A stretch of DNA of 64,000 bases from Bacteroidales bacterium (GTDB lineage Bacteria > Bacteroidota > Bacteroidia > Bacteroidales > JAADJA01), in contig JAWKKM010000015.1 in assembly GCA_041393255.1 (NCBI GenBank), forward strand, positions 468 through 64,467. The letters run 5' to 3'. This document shows, piece by piece, positions 52,964 to 62,979 of this stretch. Below the pieces are notes generated by a model that saw nothing but the letters and a program-made list of their open reading frames with translations, searched no databases and had not been told where the DNA came from. How positions within the stretch are numbered: the stretch's first letter is position 1; every line of letters begins with the position of its first letter. The translations under genes were made by a program, and so were the position numbers.

Positions 52964-53806
52964 ATGAGCAATGAAATAAAACAAATAACGAAGAGGTCTG
53001 GTGAGAAGGTTCCCTTTGATCAGCAAAAATTGAAGCGGTCGCTGGAACGAACCGGAGCGGGTGAGCAAGAGATTCAAAAGATAATTCAACTCGTAAACAG
53101 CAGGCTGGTTGATGGAATGTCAACCCATAAAGTTTATCAAATGGCTTACTCCATTCTTCGTAAGAAATCGCATAAGGTCGCTGGAAAATACCGATTGAAA
53201 AAAGCCATTTTTGAATTGGGGCCCACCGGCTATCCTTTCGAACGGTTTGTGGGGGAATTGCTGAAATTCCAGGGATACCAGGTTCAGGTAGGACAAATCG
53301 TCAAAGGCCATTGTGTTGATCATGAAGTGGATGTGATTGCTGAAAAAGAAAAACAAAAGTTCATGATCGAATGCAAATTCCACCAGGATGCCAGTAAAAA
53401 GAGTGATGTTAAAGTTTCGTTGTACATACAATCCCGTTTTTTAGATGTTGAAAAGGAATGGAAGAAGCAACCGGAGGAAAGCTTGCGGTTTCACCAGGGC
53501 TGGATTGTTACCAACACCCGTTTTACTGATGATGCTATTCGCTTTGGAAAGTGTGCCGGCCTGAAATTAATTTCCTGGGATTATCCCCAACAGGGCAGTT
53601 TAAAACAACGTATTGATTCTTCCGGGTTGCATCCGGTTACTGCACTGAGTGGCATTACAAAAGCGGAAAAACAAGAGGTTCTTAATAAGGATATTGTATT
53701 GTGCAGAGACCTGAAACCGGAACACTTATTGGAAATTGGAATACGGGAAAATCGCATCAAAAAAATTATGGAAGAAGTTAATGAACTAATTGTGAGCAAA
53801 AATTGA
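52964..53806 (+). CDS. ATP-cone domain fused to an Mrr-like (PD-(D/E)xK) restriction endonuclease domain
   Basis: The N-terminus IKQITKRSGEKVPFDQQKLKRSLERTG...VYQMAYSILRK is ATP-cone-like. The core is GYPFERFVGELLKFQGYQV...HEVDVIAEK..FMIECKF, a D...ExK arrangement. I prefer the start at 52964 (MSNEIK). Confidence 0.7.
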   Translation: MSNEIKQITKRSGEKVPFDQQKLKRSLERTGAGEQEIQKIIQLVNSRLVDGMSTHKVYQMAYSILRKKSHKVAGKYRLKKAIFELGPTGYPFERFVGELLKFQGYQVQVGQIVKGHCVDHEVDVIAEKEKQKFMIECKFHQDASKKSDVKVSLYIQSRFLDVEKEWKKQPEESLRFHQGWIVTNTRFTDDAIRFGKCAGLKLISWDYPQQGSLKQRIDSSGLHPVTALSGITKAEKQEVLNKDIVLCRDLKPEHLLEIGIRENRIKKIMEEVNELIVSKN

Positions 53807-53810
53807 AATT

Positions 53811-55157
53811 TCATAACATTAGTTCTACAGTTGTACCCGTTTCAATATTTGTTTTAATATTTATTGATCCTCCATGCAAGTTCATGATTTGGCGAGACAA
53901 GCTAAGGCCAATCCCAGATCCATCTTCCCGGGTCGTGAAAAAGGGAATGAAAATTTTTTCCCGCACTTCATCCGAAATTCCGGGGCCATTGTCATGGATT
54001 TCTATCAAGGTTTGATCATCGTTTGTTTTTAGGACATTGATTACGATCCGGTTATTATTTGATGTTTCAAATGACTGTATAGCATTTCTAATGATGTTTA
54101 TCAATACCTGGCTGATAAGCTTTTCGTCAGCGGTTATCGAAAATGTTTTTGGTTGGATTTGGATTTTCAAGGAAACATTTTCTTTTCTAAGCTCTTCTTC
54201 CATTAGTAACGCAATCTGCTCTAATAATCCTTTTAGCTCTATTTCTGAAAATACCGGTTTGGGTATCTTTGTGAGGCTGCGGTAGGTTTCTACAAATTTT
54301 GCCAGTCCGCGGCTACGCTTCTCAATGGCTTGCAGGCCAATTAAAAATTGCTTTTTTATGGTGTTTTCTATTTGCTCGTTTTGTTGAAATTCTTCTGCAA
54401 AGGTTTGCGATAGGGTGGAGGACAATGAGGTAATAGGACCGGCTGAATTCATAATTTCATGGGTTAAAACACGGATCAGCTTTTGCCAGATTTCAATTTC
54501 TTCTTGTTGGATTTCACTTCGGATATCTTGCAATGAAACCAGTTTTACTTTGTGGCTTTTGATAATGAAGGATGTCGCATTCAATGATAATTGTAAGATT
54601 TCATCCCTTCTCTTAATTTTTATTAATTGGGGTTTGCCCGTTGTAAGTTCCTGTAAAATTTTATCAAAATGATCACCTGCTTTATTGAATTGTGAAATGT
54701 TTTTAGGGTTGCTCAATTTCAATAGTTTTTCGGCGGCTTCATTGATCAATTCAATATTTCCATTATTGTCAAATGAGATCAAGCCAACACCCACATGTTT
54801 GATTGTGTTCAAAAAGTAGTGGTGTTCACTTTCTTTTTCGATTTTAACACGGCTGTACGAATCCGCTATTTCATTTAGGAGTTTTCTTAATTCACGATGT
54901 GATTTTTTCGAATCTTGTAAATTCAATTTTGTTAGTTCATCACGGTGTTTCACCGATTCAAGAAACCTGAAAATATCGTAATTGTTTTTACTGATAAACC
55001 GAAATAATACGATAACCTCAATAACCAGAACAATAGAGAAATAAAGTATAGATACTCTCAAATGTTCTTGCAAAATCATCCAGGCAATGATGAAGTTTGT
55101 GACAGCAATAATTACCAACTGCAATATAAGTAGTATGTCAAATTTTCTAAAGGTCAT
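53811..55157 (-). CDS. Sensor histidine kinase (NtrB/AtoS-like)
   Basis: Two N-terminal TM segments, an H-box LTHEIMNSAGPI and a HATPase domain (DNGPGI...GSGIGLSLSRQIM). It overlaps the regulator gene by 11 nt. Confidence 0.85.
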   Translation of the reverse strand: MTFRKFDILLILQLVIIAVTNFIIAWMILQEHLRVSILYFSIVLVIEVIVLFRFISKNNYDIFRFLESVKHRDELTKLNLQDSKKSHRELRKLLNEIADSYSRVKIEKESEHHYFLNTIKHVGVGLISFDNNGNIELINEAAEKLLKLSNPKNISQFNKAGDHFDKILQELTTGKPQLIKIKRRDEILQLSLNATSFIIKSHKVKLVSLQDIRSEIQQEEIEIWQKLIRVLTHEIMNSAGPITSLSSTLSQTFAEEFQQNEQIENTIKKQFLIGLQAIEKRSRGLAKFVETYRSLTKIPKPVFSEIELKGLLEQIALLMEEELRKENVSLKIQIQPKTFSITADEKLISQVLINIIRNAIQSFETSNNNRIVINVLKTNDDQTLIEIHDNGPGISDEVREKIFIPFFTTREDGSGIGLSLSRQIMNLHGGSINIKTNIETGTTVELML

Positions 55158-56520
55158 ACTTTTTAATTTTACGATAAAGCGTTGCTCTTGTTATCCCCAA
55201 ACGATCAGCTGTATCAGATAGGTTTCCGTTGCATTCCTGCATGGCATCACGAATGATTATCTTTTCATTCTCTTCCAGACTAAAAACTTTTCGTTTTGAT
55301 GCATTGCTTTTTAGGGGTGTTTGAAATTGAAAATCCTGGGCAGTTAACGATTTATTCTCTGCCATAATAACTGTTTTTTCAGTTACATGTTCCAGCTCAC
55401 GAATGTTGCCGGGCCAGTGGTACTTCTTCAGTTTATCAAGGGCCGAAGCATTAACTTTTAAATTTTCTTTATTGTATTTTCTACCATATTTATCCAGAAA
55501 AAAACCAACCAAACCAACAACATCTTCAGGGCGATCCCTTAATGGTGGAAGTTCGATTTGAATTGTATTTAAACGATAAAGCAAATCTTCTCTAAATTCA
55601 TTTTCTTCAACCATTGTAGAAAGCAGCTGATTAGTAGCAGCAATTAATCTGAAATCAATAGGAATTGGTTTACTTGATCCGATTCTGAAGATTTCACGAT
55701 TTTGCAGGGCAGTTAATATTTTGGGCTGTAGTTGCATGGGCAGATTCCCGATTTCATCCAGGAAAAGCGTACCTCCTTTTGCAATTTCAAACCTTCCGGG
55801 TCGATCTTCCCGGGCATCTGTAAAAGCACCTTTCGAATAACCGAATAGTTCGCTTTCGAATAATTGTTCAGGAAGTGCGGCCATATCAATGGTGATAAAT
55901 ACGTCGTTGGAACGATTGGATCGTTTGTGTATTTCGCGTGCGATCAGCTCCTTGCCGGTGCCGTTTTCTCCAAGGATCAAAATATTTGCATCCGTAGCCG
56001 AAACCTTGTCAATGATGCTGAAAATCTTTTGCATTGACTGGGAAGCCCCTTTAAACATATTGAACTGGCTTTCAATATTGCCAATCAGATGGTGTTGTTT
56101 GCTTTTTAGGTTTTTAATTTCAAGTTTTGATTGCCTTAACCGAAATGCAGCATCCACGGTAGCAAGCAATTTTTCGTTTTCCCATGGCTTGGTTATAAAA
56201 TCAACAGCTCCCAGTTTAATTCCTTTCACTGCCAGCTCAATATCACCATAGGCGGTAATAAATACAACTGACAAAGTTGGATCCAGTTTAATTATTTCGT
56301 TCAACCAAAACAATCCTTCGTTGCCTGAGCTGATACCTGCAGAAAAATTCATATCCAGGATGATAGCATCAAAATCAAAAGTGCTCAAAAGGTTTGGGAT
56401 AAGATTTGGGTTCTTTTCGGTTTGCACATGGGTATAATGTTTTTGCAGATACATTTCCATTGCAATCAATGCCTCTTCGTTATCATCAACGATCAGGATG
56501 TACCCTTTGGTTTTGCTCAT
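55147..56520 (-). CDS. Sigma-54-dependent response regulator (NtrC family enhancer-binding protein)
   Basis: A receiver domain, then an AAA+ domain with GENGTGKE, ESELFGY and GAFTDA (the sigma-54 contact loop), then a C-terminal HTH (ITRATLYRKIKKY). Confidence 0.9.
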   Translation of the reverse strand: MSKTKGYILIVDDNEEALIAMEMYLQKHYTHVQTEKNPNLIPNLLSTFDFDAIILDMNFSAGISSGNEGLFWLNEIIKLDPTLSVVFITAYGDIELAVKGIKLGAVDFITKPWENEKLLATVDAAFRLRQSKLEIKNLKSKQHHLIGNIESQFNMFKGASQSMQKIFSIIDKVSATDANILILGENGTGKELIAREIHKRSNRSNDVFITIDMAALPEQLFESELFGYSKGAFTDAREDRPGRFEIAKGGTLFLDEIGNLPMQLQPKILTALQNREIFRIGSSKPIPIDFRLIAATNQLLSTMVEENEFREDLLYRLNTIQIELPPLRDRPEDVVGLVGFFLDKYGRKYNKENLKVNASALDKLKKYHWPGNIRELEHVTEKTVIMAENKSLTAQDFQFQTPLKSNASKRKVFSLEENEKIIIRDAMQECNGNLSDTADRLGITRATLYRKIKKYDL

Positions 56521-56579
56521 AAAGGTCCTCTCTCTGTTACATGGACATCTCTCCTATGGAGAGTAAAATTTGATATGCA

Positions 56580-56587
56580 CAAATGTA
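56580..56587 (-). promoter_or_regulatory. -7 box TACATTTG for the regulator/kinase operon
   Basis: TAnnTTTG on the minus strand, 60 nt upstream of the ATG at 56520. Confidence 0.3.
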
Positions 56588-56601
56588 GGAAAATAAAGTA
56601 A

Positions 56602-56626
56602 AAAGTGTATTATTTTAATACACTTT
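56602..56626. promoter_or_regulatory. Perfect 25-bp palindrome, candidate enhancer-binding-protein (UAS) site
   Basis: AAAGTGTATTA ttt TAATACACTTT has 11-bp perfect arms. It lies about 50 bp upstream of the -24/-12 candidate in the divergent intergenic region. Confidence 0.4.
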
Positions 56627-56675
56627 CAATTTGTTGAGAAAATGTAAAATGCTGTAAAGGTGTAGAATATGATTG

Positions 56676-56690
56676 TGGCATATCTGTTGA
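56676..56690 (+). promoter_or_regulatory. Candidate sigma-54 (-24/-12) promoter TGGCAT-N5-TTGA
   Basis: It matches the consensus TGGCAC-N5-TTGC at 8 of 10 defined positions (the GG is present; the -12 element is GA rather than GC). It is correctly oriented about 35 nt upstream of ATG 56725, and the neighbouring gene encodes a sigma-54 activator. Confidence 0.45.
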
Positions 56691-56724
56691 CCCATTAAAG
56701 GTGAATATTATTAATTTTGAAAAG

Positions 56725-59124
56725 ATGATAAAACATTATCTGAAATTTTTTGTGCGCAACCTAACCCGTCAAAAAGGATTTACCTTTATCAATGTTGCTG
56801 GATTGGCTATTGGAATGGCCGTGAGCATCCTGATTTTATTGTATATTATTAACGAATTGTCGTACGATCGGTTTTATTCTGCCGATACAAATAAGTACAG
56901 AGTTAACGGAATTATTGAGTTCTCAGGGGCTACTCATCAACTGGACCGGTCGTGCCCTCAACTGGGGCTTGATGCAATGCTTCAATGCCCGGAAGTAATT
57001 CAGTCGGTTTCTTTGTATGATGAACAACCTTATGTTAAGTTTGGCGAAAAATTATTTCACGAAAGCAGTGGGGATGTTTATTTTGCTCAAAATACGGTAT
57101 TCGATTTTTTCAGTATTGAATTGATCTCGGGTAGTAAAGAGTCCGTTTTTTTGGAGCCAATGTCCGTGGTCATCTCCGAAGAAAAGGCTAAAAAGTATTT
57201 TGGAAATGAAGATCCTATCGACAAGATCCTCATGGTAAATGATGTTCACCCATTGAAAGTAACCGGAGTGTTCAAAAACTATCCTGCCAATGCCCATGTT
57301 AAATTTGGAATGCTTGCACCGATGGAAGCCTTGCTGGAAGTGGAGGGTGTCCCTGATCTCAGGATGTTGGGAAATTCAAGTTTAACCTATGTTGAGGTGA
57401 GGAATGATTTCGATGAGCAGGCCCTTTGCACGAAACTGGCCGAGATAACAGATTCCTATATTCCTGCAAAATTGAAGGAACAAATGAACATTAAATTTTC
57501 ACATCATCTGCAATCTGTCAGAAAAATTCATCTTTATACTACATTTAAAAACTTTGACGAAGAATCATCCGGAAGAATAATATACGTCTACATATTTTCG
57601 GCCATAGCTGTTTTTATATTGCTTTTAGCTTGTGTAAATTTTATGAACCTATCCACTGCCAGATATGCCAACAGGGCAAAGGAAGTTGGCTTGAGGAAGA
57701 TCATCGGGGCAGGCAAGCCGGTTTTGGTCAAGCAATTTTTGGGAGAATCAATATTTATTAGCTACATCGCTCTGTTTACCGCTGTCGTTTTAGCTGAGTT
57801 GTTTTTGCCGGTCTTTAATAATTTGATCGAAAAAGAACTCACTTTTATTTACCAGGGCAACTGGCAATTCATTTTAGCCTTGATGTTATTGGGTTTGATA
57901 GTGGGTTTTATATCCGGAAGTTATCCCGCCTTATTCCTGACTTCTTTCAATCCTTTATCAATTCTTCAGGGAAAGTTGAAAAGCGGCAAAGGGAGTATTT
58001 GGTTCAGATGGTCATTGGTTGTCTTTCAGTTTGTTATCGCCATTGTACTGGTAAGCTGCACACTTGTTATTTTTTATCAAATGAACTATACCCGAAATAA
58101 AGATTTGGGCTTCAAACGGGATAACCTGGTAATTGTCATGTTGAGGGGATCGGAAATTCATAAAAACATGAAAGGCTTTAAAGATGAATTGGATAAAATC
58201 CCAGGAGTTATGAATTATACATTTACATCGGACAAGCCTGGCATCAGCACCAGTTGGTACTCCAGCAATGTATACGAAGGAAGGGAAGATGAGGACCATC
58301 CCATCTATGCTACCGTTTCTATTGATGAAAATTACATGGGAACGATAGGTTTGCAAATAACCCAGGGCAGGAATTTTTCAGAAGATTTCTCTACTGACAC
58401 AGCATCCATGATCATTAATGAATCCATGGTGGAATACCTGGGATGGGAAGAGCCCGTGGGTAAAGCCATTTATGAAATGACGGAGGATTTTGGCAGAAAA
58501 AAATATACGGTTGTAGGGGTGGTGAAAGATTTTCACATGGAATCGTTGCACAAAAGCATCAGTCCATTGCATTTACAAAATCAACACGGTCACGCTATTG
58601 CATTTTTCGAATCCACCCTGAAAACGCCGAACAAACCCTTGCTGCCATTGAAAGAAATTGGAACAACGCTTCCCTTCGCCCATTTAACTATCATTTTTTA
58701 AATGATTCGTACGATATGGAATACAAGTCAGAGCAAAAAGCTCGGTCAAATCTTTATCTATTTTACAGTATTTGCCATTTTCATAGCTTGCCTGGGAATT
58801 GTTGGATTGGTTTCATTTGTAACAGTAGGGCGGACAAAGGAGATTGGTATACGGAAAGTATTGGGGTCAAATACCACTGAAATTGTAAAACTGATTTCAT
58901 TTGATTTCTTTAAAATGGTAATTTTATCAATTGTAATAGCAAGCCCTATTGCCTGGTATGCAATGAGCAGATGGCTGGAGCGATTTGCCTATAAAATTGA
59001 CCTGTCAATATGGATTTTTCTACTTGTAGGCCTTCTGGCAATTTTCCTGATTTTGTTATCAACCTCTTATCAGGCCATTAAAGCGGCAATTAGAAATCCG
59101 ATTGATGCCATACGATATGAGTGA
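56725..59124 (+). CDS. FtsX/MacB-like ABC transporter permease, paralog 1 (frame breaks near 58560-58710)
   Basis: MIKHYLKFFVRNLTRQKGFTFINVAGLAIGMAV is a typical N-terminus for this family. There are two FtsX 4-TM modules. The 58702-59124 ORF is the C-terminal module of the same gene. Confidence 0.8.
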
Positions 59125-59178
59125 GTTCGAGGTTCGGAGTTCGAAGTTCGGAGTTTTTAGTTCGGAGTTTAAAGTTTG
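59124..59178. repeat. Short tandem repeat: GTTCGGAGTT three times at a 14-nt period
   Basis: Copies at 59132-59141, 59146-59155 and 59160-59169, in the spacer between the two permease genes. Confidence 0.7.
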
Positions 59179-59201
59179 ATGTGTATTTTAAAGTTTATCC
59201 G

Positions 59202-61591
59202 ATGATTATAAATTATTTTAAAACTGCCGTTAGAAATATTTTAAGGCATAAGTTTTATTCCATTATAAACGTTTTGGGTTTGTCGATTGGCTTAGCGGTT
59301 TTTCTTCTTATCTATTTCTATGTACAGTATGAGTTTACTTTTGATAAACACTTTCCTCAGGCTGACCAGATTTACAGGATTACAACCGATATGTTCTGGG
59401 AAAATGGCGATGTGCAGCATACAGCAGTTTCGACCAATGCCATTGCACCTGCTCTTCAAAAGGACTACCCTGAAGTTTTAGCGGCTACGCGGTTCAGATT
59501 CGATTATTCCGTGCTGGCTGAGAAGGAACAGTCCAAAAGCAATATTCCCGGCTTTCAGAGTTATGAAGAGGTGTTTTTTATCGATTCTTTGTTTTTTAAG
59601 GTGTTTCAAATGGAGTTGATTAGAGGAGAACCTGTTTCTCTTTTTGATCTCTCCAATGCCGCTTTTTGTCCGAAAAATGGCTGAAAGAATTTTTTACAGA
59701 GGATGATCCAATCGGACGGGTCATCCGATTGAATAGTGACCGGAATTATATTGTAAAGGGTGTCTTTAAAAATTTACCCCGGAATTCTCATTTTGATTTT
59801 CAATTGTTGGTTAATGCAAATGATGACCCTGAATTTAGAGAGGATGATTTTCGGAGTTTGGATATGTACACTTATGTATTGCTTGATGAAAAGACTGATC
59901 CAATGGCTTTTGAAAGGAAACTTGTACAATTTAAAAATAACTATTTGGAACCTTACAAAGACTTGCTGGATATGCGTGTGCAACCCATGCTGGATATTCA
60001 CCTGAGAAGCCATAATGAATTTGAAGCAGCCAATACTTCCAGCCGGACCTTGCTTCTGATTGTTCTGGGTATCGCTGTTTTGATCCTTGTTATAGCCGGC
60101 ATCAACTACATGAACCTTGCCGTTGCACAATCGTTGATGCGCTCAAAAGAAGTGGGATTAAGAAAAGTTGTCGGTGCAACAAGGCAAAAAATTATCTTTC
60201 AGTTTATTGGAGAGTCGGTATTGATTACGTTGATTGCATTATTTACAGGGATCATGCTAATGGAATTGATTTTGCCTGCCTTTAAAACTTTTACGCAAAC
60301 GGATTTTAACCCTAACTATCTTCAGGAGCTTTGGAAGCTGATGGGTCTTGTAGTGATCATTGGGATCATTTCAGGAAGCTACCCAGCTTTCTATGTATCC
60401 ACTTTCCAGCCGGCAAAAGTGCTGAAGGGGAGAACAATAAGCGGGAATGGGGGAGGTTTATTAAAAAAAGCACTGGTTGTCTTTCAATTTGCAATAAGCG
60501 TAGTTTTGCTCATAGGTACGGGAATTATTTACCAGCAATTCAACTTTATTAAAAACAAAGACCTGGGATTTCGTAGGGATGTTATGTTGAACGTCTATTT
60601 GTGGAACGATTCAACGGGAGCATATTCAGGTCAATTTAGGGATGAGCTGAAAAACATACCGGGTATAGAATCTGTCTGCCAATCGGATCATGTTCCCGGC
60701 AACGAGCCCTGGTTTGATCATTTTTGGCCTGAAGGGTTTGATTCTCATATGCCGTTACGAACCCTGAATGTTTCACCTGAGTATATCCCAACTCTTGATT
60801 TGAAACTGCTGGCAGGTCGCAATTTTTCTGAGGAAAACAGTTTGGATACAGCGGCCTGTATATTGAATGAAGCTGCTGTGAAGCATTTTGGATGGGAATT
60901 GAATGATGCCATTGGGAAAACAATCAAATATAACTTTTCCAATCGATGGGAAGAAATAATTGCCGCAAAGGTGATAGGGGTGGTAAAGGACTATCATTTC
61001 CAATCGCTACACCAAAAAATTGAGCCGGTAGTTATTACCATGCATAAGAAGTATTATCCCATACTTACCATGCAAATGAACAGGAATAATGCAAAACAAA
61101 CCGTTGAAACAATTGAAGCGAAATATGCAAAACTGGGATATCCTTTCCCGTTTGATTATGAATATCTTGATAAAGGGGTGGAGGAGATGTACATGATTGA
61201 TTATAAATTGGGCAAAATACTCATTTGGTTTTCCCTGCTGTCCGTATTGATTGCTTGTCTTGGCTTGATGGGGCTTTCCTCTTTTGCGGTAGAAAAAAAG
61301 ACACGCGAAATTGGCGTGCGAAAAGTTTTTGGTGCAAGCGTAAAAGAAATCATGGCTTTTATTGTAAAGGAGTTTTCAGTTTTGGTATTGATTGCTGCCT
61401 TTATTGCCATTCCCGTCGGATGGTATGCTATGAATCAATATTTGGATCAATTTGCTTACCGCGATCAAATGAGCTGGTGGGTTTTTCTGTTATCGGCCAT
61501 TGTAGCTTTTATCGTTGCTATGCTTACGGTGGGATTTCAAACCTATAAATACGCTATGAAGAACCCTGCTGAAGCATTGAAGTGGGAATGA
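59202..61591 (+). CDS. FtsX/MacB-like ABC transporter permease, paralog 2 (one frame break near 59670)
   Basis: The start MIINYFKTAVRNILRHKFYSIINVLGLSIGLAV is at 59202. ORFs 59121-59684 and 59666-61591 are colinear parts of one gene. Confidence 0.8.
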
Positions 61592-61594
61592 AAT

Positions 61595-62714
61595 CTAAAG
61601 TACTATTTTATAGGTGGTGGCCCCTTCTGTGGTTGCTACGACCAATAAATAAATACCTTTCGAAACCGTTAACGGAATTTGCACTTGTTGCTGATTAACA
61701 AATTGTTTATTATACAAAATGGTTCCGGCAATGTTCAATAATTGAATATGGGCCGAAACTGATTCATCAGTTCCAGATTGAATGATCAGCAAATTATTGT
61801 TGGAATAAATCCTAAAACCTTCAATGTTCTGGTTTTCAATTGTTGTAGTGTTTGCAGGAATATCAAGGTAGAACAGGGTCGGATCGAGAAAACTGCTGAA
61901 CTTTTCGCTGCTGATATAAATACCATTGCCATCGTTAGCCATGCAAACACCTTCTATTTGTGATAAGGTTGTCCAAATAAGTTCGGTGCTATTTCCGTTG
62001 AAGAAGTTGTCGTCGGTAAAGTTTTCAAATGTCCAGGTAAAAGAACCTCCACTGGTGTTGTAGCCGATCAGCATTAAGCTATTTGATGTTTGCATTACTT
62101 CGGCGCCCGTTACCAGGCAGTTTATATTGAAGGTGGATTGATACGCTGCAATGTGTGTTCCGGCTTGCTTGGGTAATTGATAGCACCGTGTTTTGTAGTC
62201 AACCCAGTTTTTCGTAAACAGGTACAAATCGTCACCAAAGCGTTGAGAGCGCTTCACAATCAAAATTGTGGTTGTTGTGGTTGGGTTCCCACGAGGTTTG
62301 ATCGCTGTATGAATATTGAATGATTTCGGCATACACTTGATCACTTGCAGCAATCGCTGCCCGGCTCACTTTATAGATACGTAAATCTGTGCGGTCTCCA
62401 TCATTATTGCCTATGTCCCCGATATAAAGGTAATTTTCATCGTAAGTAATATCTTCCCAATCCTCGTTGGCAGTATTCATAATTTCAACTATGCGGAGAA
62501 TGTTGCCATTCGCAGGGTCCAGTTGGTAAATTACCGATTCGTCACCACTGTCGTTGTGGGTCCATAGCTCACCGTTCAGGTTTGCAAGGCCGGATGTTTC
62601 GTTTATCAATTCTGATAACGTGGTTATTACTTGGGGGGTAACATAGGTTTGCGCTTGCACTCCGATGGATATGGACAGGAGGGCCAATAAAACGAGAATT
62701 TTATTTAATCCCAT
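61595..62714 (-). CDS. Secreted beta-propeller-like protein with a T9SS C-terminal domain (one frame break near 62250)
   Basis: Signal peptide MGLNKILVLLALLSISIGVQAQ from 62714. Also ETSGL...WTHNDSGD...LYIGDIGNN. The C-terminus GIYLLVVATTEGATTYKIVL is a sorting-domain type. Confidence 0.65.
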
Positions 62715-62930
62715 TTGCAGTTGATGGCTATATGTTTGTTCTTTCTCAAGTATATCTAAATGAATATATAACATTGGTTGTCCCAATAAGGTTGCATCCT
62801 GGTAATCTTTATCTTTTTTTCAGTGATTTTTAAGTAAAAAAGTACCCAATACCTTATTAAGAACAATTATAAATTAACCCTATATTTAAAAATTGGCTTT
62901 CGAAAATTTGGCAGAAAATACATTATATGT

Positions 62931-62938
62931 TACATTTG
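62931..62938 (+). promoter_or_regulatory. -7 box TACATTTG
   Basis: TAnnTTTG 42 nt upstream of the ATG at 62980. Confidence 0.35.
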
Positions 62939-62979
62939 TCATATATATATTATTAGATAATAACTAAACTACGCTACAA

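Noticed and set aside
59121-59201. N-terminal extension MSSRFGVRSSEFLVRSLKF... of the second permease
   Set aside because: It is a translation of the GTTCGGAGTT tandem repeat. The family-typical N-terminus MIINYFKTAVRNI starts at 59202.
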